Below are positions 1 to 7,434 of a stretch of 54,443 bases of DNA, piece by piece. The DNA is taken from positions 1 to 54,443 of the forward strand of contig JAQGHG010000002.1 of the NCBI GenBank assembly GCA_028288925.1, read 5' to 3'. The position numbers and the translations under genes are program-made. Below the pieces are notes generated by a model. That model had not been told where the DNA came from. It saw only the letters and a list, made by a program, of their open reading frames with translations, and made no database searches. Position 1 is the first letter of the stretch; each line of letters opens with the position of its first letter. This stretch comes from Patescibacteria group bacterium (GTDB taxonomy: Bacteria > Patescibacteriota > Saccharimonadia > UBA4664).

Positions 1-179
1 TACTGGGCGACCAGGCTACGCAGGAGCGGTTGTGGAAGCGGATCGAGGGCGTGCGCGGTGAGCTGCAATTGAACATTGGCGCGAAGATGACTACCAAATT
101 TGTCCCACGCCTGCACGTAAAGCGCGACACGGGTGGCGAGTACGCCGCGGAAATCGAACGGCTCCTGCGGGACGCGTAG
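1..179 (+). CDS. rbfA: ribosome-binding factor A, C-terminal fragment (5' end outside window)
   Basis: Frame 3 is open from the window edge to TAG 177-179. Translation ...ERLWKRIEGVRGELQLNIGAKMTTKFVPRLHVKRDTGGEYAAEIERLLRDA fits the RbfA C-terminal pattern (K-x-x-P-x-L-x-F/V-x-x-D followed by a helical acidic tail). Confidence 0.5.
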   Translation, partial: LGDQATQERLWKRIEGVRGELQLNIGAKMTTKFVPRLHVKRDTGGEYAAEIERLLRDA

Positions 180-203
180 GGAAGAATTTTATACCTGTTG
201 TGA

Positions 204-231
204 TATACTTCGGTTAATGATGTAACCGGAG
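204..231 (+). promoter_or_regulatory. -10-like TATACT overlapping a 9-bp-arm inverted repeat (candidate operator) that also carries the SD
   Basis: TATACT at 204-209. CTTCGGTTA (208-216) pairs with TAACCGGAG (223-231) with one G-T pair. GGAG 228-231 lies 6 nt before GTG 238. The same module recurs at 2490-2516 ahead of the next gene. Confidence 0.45.
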
Positions 232-237
232 TTTTTT

Positions 238-2454
238 GTGATGGCGGAGCGGTCAGGAGATCCAGCACCGAAAAGGAGAAAGGCGGCCAAGCGTAGGCCT
301 GCAGCTTCTTCGGCCCCCGAGACCTCAGTGGATGTGTCGGGGGAGGTTCAGGCCGCAGAGGCGGAACCGCAGGGCGCTCCGGAGCTATCAATTTATCGGG
401 TCGATGAGACAACTGGGGCAACTATTTTCGACCGGGCGTTTAATGGCGAAGAGATGCATGTGGTTGACCCGGCTTATGCGAAAGATGTGGCTAATCAGCT
501 TGAAGAGCTAGACGTTGACCTCCAGGGGTTGGAGGGCGAGAGGGCTTCGGCTGATAGGTATAAAGCATTATGGGATGACGCGGTTCACTCGGGGCTTTTT
601 GTTAGCGAGCAAGTTTCGGGTAGCGAGACTCGGGCAACTTTGCGGGGAATAACTCCGGAAGTTGAAGCGTGGCGCGAGGAAGCTGCACGTGCCTATGAGC
701 AAGCTCGAACCCGGCAAGCTCAAGCGGATCACGTCACCCGGGAGGATTTGGCTGCTGATGCGCGGCAGGTTATTCATGGTCAGGGCGAGCCGGAGGTTTT
801 CAAGCGGGAATTTAACGGTATAGAAGCTCAAGTTGTGGCTCCGGGAGATAGCGAGGGGATGCAGCACGCCCTGGCGGAATATGCCGACGATTTGGCGTTT
901 TTGAATGAGCGCGGAGCTAGTGCTGAGCGATATAGGGCGCTGATTGATGATGCTCGTCGCCAGGGGTTGGTGGCCGAAGGTCAGGACGGACAGGACAGGA
1001 CGGGTGCGACGGCCGAAGTAACTGAGTGGCTCAACCGGGCCAAAGAGCTTTATGCTCAGGCTGTGTCACGGGAGACGCAGGGTTCAGGTGAGTCTGAACC
1101 TGATCAGGAGCCGCCTTCGACTAGGGATGCTGACGAGGAATCGGCTAGGAGGGCGTTTATGGTAGCCCAGCTACAACAGGCCCAATCGATGGGAGAAGCT
1201 GATGCATTGGCGGAGATTGTTGCGCCAGAAGAGGTGGAGATGACCGACGAGGAGCGCGCGGCAAAGCAGGCGATAATCGACCAGGATTATACAGAGGCAT
1301 TGAGGGCGGACCCCTCGGCTCTTGCGCAGTCCGAAATCTTCCAAAAATATAAGACCTATATAGAAAATACGAACGATGAACCTTTAAAGGTATTGTTGGC
1401 AGAGAAGAGAGACAAAGCAATTAAGTACGAAAGAGAACGTCAGAAGGTTCTAGCTGATGAGCGTAGCGAGGAAATAGCCGCGGAGCTCAACGCCGATCCG
1501 GCGGTGGCGGACCAGGCTGCTAGAGAGGAGAGGGCGCGGCACGTAGAATTACAACGTGAAAGTGACAAGCAGATACATGATGATTTGAGCCGCAACTCGC
1601 AGGATTCTGATCATGATGATCGTCGTGGCTGGAGGTCGTGGAGAACGTATCGCGATGATGCCCACGCCGAGGCGCTTACTATGGATCCATCGGCTCGGGC
1701 TCAGAGTGAGGTGTGGCAGAGGTATGAGGACCAGATCAGGCGGCCCGGTATTGACGCGGAGACTATAAAGCGTCTGAGAGAAGAGCAGGCACTGGAAACG
1801 GATATAGAGCAGGTAATGCAAAAAGAGGTAACGCGTCAGCGTGCTAGGAATATAGCTATGGAGGCCAAGGAATTAGGTCAGGTATTGAAGAATGCTGAGG
1901 ACCACAAGGCTTCGCGAAACACCATCACTGTCGAGGATGACAACGTCGAGGGATGGGCGGCGGGTCGGCGTAAGCAGCTGGGGCTCGAGCCGGAACCATT
2001 TTTTGAAGAGAATAAAGGCGGTCTTTTGCAACTGGGGCTGCGCGATAATGGTCCACGAACGGTCCTAAGTTACTTTGGGGTGCCAGACAACCGCCATGTT
2101 ATGGTTGTCGAAGATCGCCGTCGAGATGGTACGCTATTGAGCCAAACAGTGATTACGACCAGAGAGGGGATTCGGGATGTGCGTGGGGGTAGAAAGGTGC
2201 CGCCGAAAGAAGCAAGAGATGTCGCGAAGGAGATTTGGCAGCAAGATAAGCAGGGTACAGTTGACCGTGGGGATGTCAAGTTTCGCGATTGGGCAGGAGT
2301 TGGTTTGGGGGTAGCGGGTAAGGCCATCGATGGACCCGACGGCGTTTACGCGCGCTATGCGCATCAGGTAGGCAAAGACTACAATACTGCGGCATATCGG
2401 CGTAAGAGTCGCCGTGGAAGCATTGTGTCTAGGATTACCGGCGGGCGTATTTAG
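238..2454 (+). CDS. large highly charged hypothetical protein with internal duplications
   Basis: 738-aa ORF starting at GTG 238 or ATG 241 after GGAG. No TM segment or signal peptide. Internal duplication: aa 64-156 (FDRAFNGEEMHVVDP...ASADRYKALWDDAVHSGL) versus aa 187-276 (FKREFNGIEAQVVAP...ASAERYRALIDDARRQGL). A second pair is ALRADPSALAQSEIFQKY versus ALTMDPSARAQSEVWQRY. No family recognised. Confidence 0.7.
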   Translation: MMAERSGDPAPKRRKAAKRRPAASSAPETSVDVSGEVQAAEAEPQGAPELSIYRVDETTGATIFDRAFNGEEMHVVDPAYAKDVANQLEELDVDLQGLEGERASADRYKALWDDAVHSGLFVSEQVSGSETRATLRGITPEVEAWREEAARAYEQARTRQAQADHVTREDLAADARQVIHGQGEPEVFKREFNGIEAQVVAPGDSEGMQHALAEYADDLAFLNERGASAERYRALIDDARRQGLVAEGQDGQDRTGATAEVTEWLNRAKELYAQAVSRETQGSGESEPDQEPPSTRDADEESARRAFMVAQLQQAQSMGEADALAEIVAPEEVEMTDEERAAKQAIIDQDYTEALRADPSALAQSEIFQKYKTYIENTNDEPLKVLLAEKRDKAIKYERERQKVLADERSEEIAAELNADPAVADQAAREERARHVELQRESDKQIHDDLSRNSQDSDHDDRRGWRSWRTYRDDAHAEALTMDPSARAQSEVWQRYEDQIRRPGIDAETIKRLREEQALETDIEQVMQKEVTRQRARNIAMEAKELGQVLKNAEDHKASRNTITVEDDNVEGWAAGRRKQLGLEPEPFFEENKGGLLQLGLRDNGPRTVLSYFGVPDNRHVMVVEDRRRDGTLLSQTVITTREGIRDVRGGRKVPPKEARDVAKEIWQQDKQGTVDRGDVKFRDWAGVGLGVAGKAIDGPDGVYARYAHQVGKDYNTAAYRRKSRRGSIVSRITGGRI

Positions 2455-2489
2455 CGTTGAATCGAGGTAGAGGTCACAGACTCTTATGG

Positions 2490-2516
2490 TATACTCCGGT
2501 TAAGACATAACCGGAG
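2490..2516 (+). promoter_or_regulatory. second copy of the TATACT + inverted repeat + SD module
   Basis: TATACT at 2490-2495. Perfect inverted repeat CTCCGGTTA (2494-2502) / TAACCGGAG (2508-2516) with a 5-nt spacer. GGAG 2513-2516 lies 8 nt before GTG 2525. Confidence 0.45.
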
Positions 2517-2524
2517 TATTTGTT

Positions 2525-4708
2525 GTGGCAGAACGTCGGCATGAGGCGCCCATACCCGATCCCAATGCAGAACATGGGCCTACCCCTGGTGGCGATAGCG
2601 AGACAGCAAACCCTCTGTACAATGAGTTTGCCGGATACCGTCGCAGGTTGGCTGAGCTAGTAGCGAGCGAGGATACCGCTCCTGAAGATGCGCTTGCTCG
2701 GATAGACCAGATAGCAGAGGAAGCGCGGGCCAACCAGAAATTTCAGGAGACTGGTCCGTGGGCAGGGCACTTGGAGGCGCAACTTGATAACGCGCGCAGT
2801 GCTCTGGCGGCCCGCGAGGCGGCGGGGACGCATGCCGAGAGGGTTTCGTCGGCCCGGGACGGGGTTCATAATGCGGCGGCTGGCCGCCGGGAGCCGCCGC
2901 TGACTGACAGGCGTCAGAGGCGGCTCCCCCCCGTAAGCCTTGATAATATGGGTCCACCTGATCCACTGAAGCGGGTGGGGATACCCACAGTGCCTGACTT
3001 GACGGAGATTGAGGCGCGGATGCTCGATGAGTTTCGTCGGGGTCAGTCGGCAGAGGTTGATTATACGGAGCTGGGTGCGAGGCCCCACGGAGAAGATCCG
3101 GGAGTTGCTCTTGAGCAGTCGGCTCCAACGGCAGAGCGGCGCGAGCGGCCACCAGTACAGCCGGAGCGGAGCGCTAACCCCTACGAAGTCACCGATCAGT
3201 CTCAAGAGCTGAGGCAGCCAGAACAGGTGATGGTGCCGAAGCGGCCGGGTTGGCGAGAGAGGGCTATAGACCGGCTGGGTAGTGCCGCTCGTAAAACAAA
3301 CGAGGCTCTTATTAAATTTGAGGAATTCCTAGAGAAAAAGTCAGATAGAGGAGAGGAGATTATGGGAGATGCGACGGAAGCGGTCGCGAAAGGTCTTGGC
3401 AAAGGTGCTAAGACTGCCTATGAAGGAGCCAAGATTATTGGTAAAGGCCAGCGGTCTTCCAAGCTAGATGCGCAGGCGGCGAATCCGAATGATGAATCAG
3501 TATTGCCACCTCCTGGCAGGGAGAATGAACTCCTAAAAGATATCCAAGACGCTGATCGAGCCAAACGTAAGGCAGCCGAACAAGCTGGACCGTCGGCCGC
3601 TATGAGGGCTGTTTCGCCGGTATCGCCATCCAGCGTGGGGGGTTTGGAAGTGCGAAGGGTGGGGCTGGGTGAGGCCGCAAATGAGTCGAAGATTGCCCCG
3701 GTAAGTCTGAATATCCCTGAGTCCGGAGGGCAATACTACCCTGATAAGCGTTCCGAGACGGATCAAGCGGGGGTGCTTAGGGCGGAACTCGAAAAGATTA
3801 GGCCGATACGCGACCCCGACGCTAGGCACGCAGCCTTGGTAGGTATGGAAACTAAGCTTGCAACGGATAAAGAATTGAGCGGAATAACGGAAAGATGGCG
3901 AGAGCGGGACCCTAACGGTACAGTCTTTCGTTTTAATAATGTACTTGAAACGTTAAAGAATGGGGCGCTAGAAGAAATCGCAGCGAAAGGTAATAGGGAA
4001 GCGCCACTGGGTTCGGCTCCGGGCGCGGCGGAGGCTGTAAAGCCAGATCAATTAGTGTGGTCACCAGGTGCTGCTGATCGAGCCAAACGTAAGGCAGCCG
4101 AGTCAGAAGGGGGCGTGTCTGAGTCTGGGCGGCAAGGTTCTGAGCTTTCCGATGAGGACTGGGAACGGTTAGAGGTGCTTGAAGCGGAACTCGAAATGAT
4201 CAAGAATATGTCCGACCTCGACGCTAGGTATGAGGCCCTGAGAGACATGGATAATAGGCTTGCAACGGATGAAGAATTGAGAGAAATAGGGGTGAGATGG
4301 CGAGATCGGGGTCCTAATGATCCAGTTTTTAAGCTAAACAATGAGCATAGCCGGTTGGTGGATGAGGCGTTGAAAGAAAAAATAGCGCTAGTTCAAGAAA
4401 AGGCGAGAGGGCAGATCGAGGGGGAAGGCAGCGAGTCGACGCAAGGCAGCGAAGCTGACTTGCCTGATATGGGGCCGGTATTTGGCGATAAGTGGGGCTA
4501 TATTATGGGTAGTTCGGACTCTGGAGAAAGAGGAGAGAAGGCACTGAGTGTGCTTAATGGTCTTGTTAAGGAAGGCTACATAGCCTGGGGTCTCAATAAG
4601 GGGCTTGTTAGTATTACTCAACTGGGCCTTAGGCAAGAGGGTGTCCGTGAATTCGTACGCTTAATCGAAGCTGCTATGGCTAAAGGTGACATTAGACTTC
4701 CTGAGTAG
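2525..4708 (+). CDS. large highly charged hypothetical protein with internal duplications (same architecture as 238-2454)
   Basis: 727-aa ORF starting at GTG 2525. Its N-terminus MAER.. matches that of its neighbour. Duplicated module: RAKRKAAE...LRAELEKIRPIRDPDARHAALVGMETKLATDKELSGITERWRERDPNGTVFRFNN versus RAKRKAAE...LEAELEMIKNMSDLDARYEALRDMDNRLATDEELREIGVRWRDRGPNDPVFKLNN. No TM segment or signal peptide. Confidence 0.7.
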   Translation: MAERRHEAPIPDPNAEHGPTPGGDSETANPLYNEFAGYRRRLAELVASEDTAPEDALARIDQIAEEARANQKFQETGPWAGHLEAQLDNARSALAAREAAGTHAERVSSARDGVHNAAAGRREPPLTDRRQRRLPPVSLDNMGPPDPLKRVGIPTVPDLTEIEARMLDEFRRGQSAEVDYTELGARPHGEDPGVALEQSAPTAERRERPPVQPERSANPYEVTDQSQELRQPEQVMVPKRPGWRERAIDRLGSAARKTNEALIKFEEFLEKKSDRGEEIMGDATEAVAKGLGKGAKTAYEGAKIIGKGQRSSKLDAQAANPNDESVLPPPGRENELLKDIQDADRAKRKAAEQAGPSAAMRAVSPVSPSSVGGLEVRRVGLGEAANESKIAPVSLNIPESGGQYYPDKRSETDQAGVLRAELEKIRPIRDPDARHAALVGMETKLATDKELSGITERWRERDPNGTVFRFNNVLETLKNGALEEIAAKGNREAPLGSAPGAAEAVKPDQLVWSPGAADRAKRKAAESEGGVSESGRQGSELSDEDWERLEVLEAELEMIKNMSDLDARYEALRDMDNRLATDEELREIGVRWRDRGPNDPVFKLNNEHSRLVDEALKEKIALVQEKARGQIEGEGSESTQGSEADLPDMGPVFGDKWGYIMGSSDSGERGEKALSVLNGLVKEGYIAWGLNKGLVSITQLGLRQEGVREFVRLIEAAMAKGDIRLPE
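3551..4101 (+). repeat. intragenic direct repeat pair marking a module duplication
   Basis: The exact 29-nt string GCTGATCGAGCCAAACGTAAGGCAGCCGA occurs at 3551-3579 and again at 4073-4101. Diverged similarity continues downstream (GCGGAACTCGAAAAGAT.. near 3783 versus GCGGAACTCGAAATGAT.. near 4184). Confidence 0.85.
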
Positions 4709-4732
4709 AGTTTGGCTCCTGAAGGAATCGGC

Positions 4733-5650
4733 TTAACCCAGACGGTGCCCGGTGAGGAATTCCGGCCCGGTCATGTCGCGCTTGCCGGCGGGTTTGAGCG
4801 TGTCGATGACGAGGCTGTCTTGGCCGGCATAGACGGCTAGTTCGCCGGAGGCGGTCTTGTAGGCTTGGCCTGCGAGGCCGTCGTGGGCTAGCACGTGGGC
4901 GCTCGTGATGATGACGTTGGTGTCGGCGATGACGGCGCGGCTGCCCGGCCAGCCCAGATAGGCGCGGATTTCGCGCTCGAGCACGGCGGCGGGCTTGTTC
5001 CAGTCGATGGTGCCGTCGTCTTTTTCGATGAGGCGCACTTGGCTGGCTTGGGCGGTGTCTTGCGGGATGGGCACGAGGTTGCCGGAGAGGATGCCGCCCA
5101 GCTTAGCGCCCAGGAGCTCGGCGCCGGCCTCGGCGAGCTGTTCGTAGAGGTCGTGGCGGGTTTCGGTGCCGGTGAGCTGGATTTTTTCGGTGTCGTAGGT
5201 GGGGCCGGTGTCCATGCCGGCGTCGAGCCGCATAAGGGTGACGCCGGTATCGGCATCGCCGTGCAGGATAGCGGCTTCGATGGGCGAGGAGCCACGGTAT
5301 TTGGGCAAGAGCGAGGCGTGGACATTGATGAGGCCCTTGGGGAAGAGGTCGAGAACACTCTGAGGAATAATTTTGCCGTAGGCTACTACGATGCCGACGT
5401 CTGGGCGCAGATTCGTGAGCGATTCGGCCGCGTCGCGCAGTTTTTCGGGCTGGAGCACCGGGATGCCTTTGGCGATGGCGAGGCGTTTGACCGCTGGAAT
5501 GGTGAGCTCTCGGCCGCGGCCGGTGCGGCTGTCGGGCTTGGTGACGACACCGGCTACATTCCAGCCTTCGGCTACCAGCCGGATGAGCGACGGTACGCTA
5601 AAGGCGTCGGTGCCGAAGAAGATGATGCGGTCGGACGGGAGATTACTCAT
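4733..5650 (-). CDS. fmt: methionyl-tRNA formyltransferase
   Basis: 305 aa. N-terminal pattern RIIFFGTDAFSVPSL..VVTKPDSRTGRGRELTIPAVKRLA..GIPVLQPEKL, and HASLLPKYRGSSPIEAAILHGDADTGVT. The start overlaps the def stop by 4 nt, giving the classical def-fmt order. Confidence 0.95.
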   Translation of the reverse strand: MSNLPSDRIIFFGTDAFSVPSLIRLVAEGWNVAGVVTKPDSRTGRGRELTIPAVKRLAIAKGIPVLQPEKLRDAAESLTNLRPDVGIVVAYGKIIPQSVLDLFPKGLINVHASLLPKYRGSSPIEAAILHGDADTGVTLMRLDAGMDTGPTYDTEKIQLTGTETRHDLYEQLAEAGAELLGAKLGGILSGNLVPIPQDTAQASQVRLIEKDDGTIDWNKPAAVLEREIRAYLGWPGSRAVIADTNVIITSAHVLAHDGLAGQAYKTASGELAVYAGQDSLVIDTLKPAGKRDMTGPEFLTGHRLG

Positions 5651-6204
5651 GATTGGGCGGGCGCCTTGTCGGGGTTTACCGGTGTAAATTTGCCATTGGA
5701 CTCGAGCCGGAAGAGCTTGTGGGGGTCCTCGATGCGGTCGACGAAGACTATGCCGTTGGTGTGGTCGATTTCGTGCTGGAAGACGCGGGCTAGGAAGCCG
5801 GTGGCGGTGACGCGCACCGGACGGCCGTCGAGGTTGAGAGCTTTGATTTTGACCTTGGGGTAGCGTGCTACTGAGCCATAAATGTCTTTGACGCTGAGGC
5901 AGCCTTCGAGCTCTTCGGCCGGCTCGCCCTCGGCTTTGACGATTTCGGGATTTATGAAGACGCTAAACGATTGGTCTTCTTTGTGGTCGAAATCGTTGCG
6001 GATGACGACGACGCGGTGCGGCTTGGCGATCTGGACGGCAGCCAGGGCGGCGCCGAACTCGTGTTCGCGGCCGGCTTCCCAGTCCAGGGTGGCGCTGATC
6101 ATGCCGGCGGCGAGCTCTTGGACCTCGGCATCGATGTGGCCGACGCGCTTGGAGCGCTCGCGGAGGAGGGGATTGGGGATGGTGATGATGTCATTCGCGG
6201 TCAT
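5647..6204 (-). CDS. def: peptide deformylase
   Basis: 185 aa with the three PDF motifs: GAALAAVQI (GxGxAAxQ-like), EGCLSV and HEIDH. Confidence 0.95.
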   Translation of the reverse strand: MTANDIITIPNPLLRERSKRVGHIDAEVQELAAGMISATLDWEAGREHEFGAALAAVQIAKPHRVVVIRNDFDHKEDQSFSVFINPEIVKAEGEPAEELEGCLSVKDIYGSVARYPKVKIKALNLDGRPVRVTATGFLARVFQHEIDHTNGIVFVDRIEDPHKLFRLESNGKFTPVNPDKAPAQS

Positions 6205-6274
6205 TGTTGACTATTTTAGCTGATTCGGGCCTTGTTGTCGAAATTTTAGGAATCGGACGGGTCCTGTCAGCTTC

Positions 6275-6367
6275 GGAATATTCCTTCTCTGGCCGGCGAA
6301 CGCTACCCTTCTCTTCGGAGGATACGGCATCTGTACCTACACCGGCTTTATCGAGAAGGTATATTCC
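6275..6367. repeat. ~93-nt imperfect hairpin element (copy 2 of a GGAAT...ATTCC element family)
   Basis: GGAATATTCCTTCTC (6275-6289) pairs with GAGAAGGTATATTCC (6353-6367) at 14 of 15 positions. The interior start TGGCCGGCGAACGCTACCCT (6290-6309) matches 26890-26909 at 16 of 20 positions. The flanks are also similar (TCAGCTTC|GGAAT and ATTCC|TGCGCT). Confidence 0.6.
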
Positions 6368-6419
6368 TGCGCTGCCACCCGTAGGTTCGCAGCTAAAAAC
6401 AGAGAGTCACTTTTTTGGC

Positions 6420-7316
6420 TTAGATCTCGAAATATTTAATAACGTGTCGCCAGACGAAGGGCGACGTGATACGGAAGCGCACGAGGAAGTGGGCAAAGCG
6501 GGCGCGCCAGGGCGAGTAATGGTGGAGTTCGGCGATTTTGCGGCGGGTGAATTCGGGGTGATGTTCGCGCAGGTTGAGGTAAATGTACTTGAGGATAAAG
6601 TCGGCCATGAGGGTTTTTTTGGCAAGGCCGAGCGTCTGGAGGCTGGTGGGCTCGCTAAGGAGCCGATCGTAGATTTTGAAGCGGTGCTGGTAGGGCTCGT
6701 CGTAGGTGTAAGCGTTGAAGGGTTCGGCGTGGTGGCGTTGCTTGACGAGGGCTTGGGGGACGCAGCCGAGGTTGAATTTGCGGGCAATGCGCAGCTGCAG
6801 GTCGTAATCGGCGAGGGCCGGCAGGGATTCGTCGAAGGTGCCTACGACCTCCAGCGCGAGCCGGCGCAGCATCACGGTGGAGTGGACCAGCCCGCCGTGG
6901 AGCAGCAGGTCGCGGAAGGCGTCGCCCTCGTAGCGGGGCGGTTTGGTGCCGGTGGCGTGGGTGTAGACCAGGGCGGCGTCGGGGTGCTCATCGAGGAACG
7001 CGACTTGTTGCGCGAGCTTGGATGGCTCCCAGAGGTCTTCGCTGGTGATGAAGGCGATGTAGCGGCCGCGGCTATAGCGTAGAGCGGCGTTGATGGCCGC
7101 GCCGTAGCCGATGGGGTCGGTCCGGAGGACGGTGAGGCGGGATTTGAAGGGAATTAGGGCCTTCTGGGTGCCGTCGGTGGAGCCGTCGTCGACCACGATG
7201 AGCTCGAAGTCGGGGAAGGTTTGGTTGAGCACACTGCCGACGGCCTCGGCGATGGAAGCGGCGCCGTTGTAGACGGGCAAGATGACGCTGACGGCTGGGT
7301 TGGGTTTGTTGGTCAT
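6420..7316 (-). CDS. glycosyltransferase family 2
   Basis: 298 aa. GT-A N-terminus VSVILPVYNGAASIAEAVGSVLNQTFPDFELIVVDDGSTDGT and a downstream acidic motif (FITSED). Confidence 0.85.
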   Translation of the reverse strand: MTNKPNPAVSVILPVYNGAASIAEAVGSVLNQTFPDFELIVVDDGSTDGTQKALIPFKSRLTVLRTDPIGYGAAINAALRYSRGRYIAFITSEDLWEPSKLAQQVAFLDEHPDAALVYTHATGTKPPRYEGDAFRDLLLHGGLVHSTVMLRRLALEVVGTFDESLPALADYDLQLRIARKFNLGCVPQALVKQRHHAEPFNAYTYDEPYQHRFKIYDRLLSEPTSLQTLGLAKKTLMADFILKYIYLNLREHHPEFTRRKIAELHHYSPWRARFAHFLVRFRITSPFVWRHVIKYFEI

Positions 7317-7357
7317 AAGCGGATTATAGCAGCTGCGTGGGTGAAGGTCCGAACGGC

Positions 7358-7399
7358 TTTTTATGTAAATTTTCTATATATAAAACTTTTACATAAAAA
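7358..7399. repeat. AT-rich 12-bp-arm palindrome between priA stop and GT2 start
   Basis: TTTTTATGTAAA (7358-7369) and TTTACATAAAAA (7388-7399) are perfect reverse complements with an 18-nt AT-only spacer. Function (operator, promoter or weak terminator) is unresolved. Confidence 0.5.
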
Positions 7400-7434
7400 T
7401 AGGTTGTGCGGGGGCCTGTCTTGTACCCAAAGAT

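Noticed and set aside
217-225. ATGATGTAA mini-ORF in the loop of the first leader palindrome
   Set aside because: It is absent from the otherwise conserved second leader (loop AGACA), so it is probably coincidental.
208-237. Hairpin 208-231 followed by TTTTTT read as an intrinsic terminator after rbfA
   Set aside because: It overlaps a -10-like TATACT and contains the SD of the next gene. The paralogous copy at 2494-2516 keeps the palindrome but not the T-run. An operator or SD-sequestering role is more consistent. A dual role cannot be excluded.
4895-5863. 322-aa + strand ORF (and 4888-5358 -, 5391-5687 +) overlapping fmt/def
   Set aside because: These lie antisense or out of frame to clearly recognisable fmt and def. 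Their Gly/Ala/Asp/Val- or Pro/Ser/Thr/Ala-biased composition is typical of shadow ORFs in GC-rich DNA.
6205-6419. def upstream spacer tested by eye for tRNA, SRP RNA or other classical ncRNA
   Set aside because: There is no GTTCGAATC-type T-loop and no SRP domain IV motif (GGAAGCAGCC-like). The structure present is the GGAAT...ATTCC hairpin element, which is reported separately.
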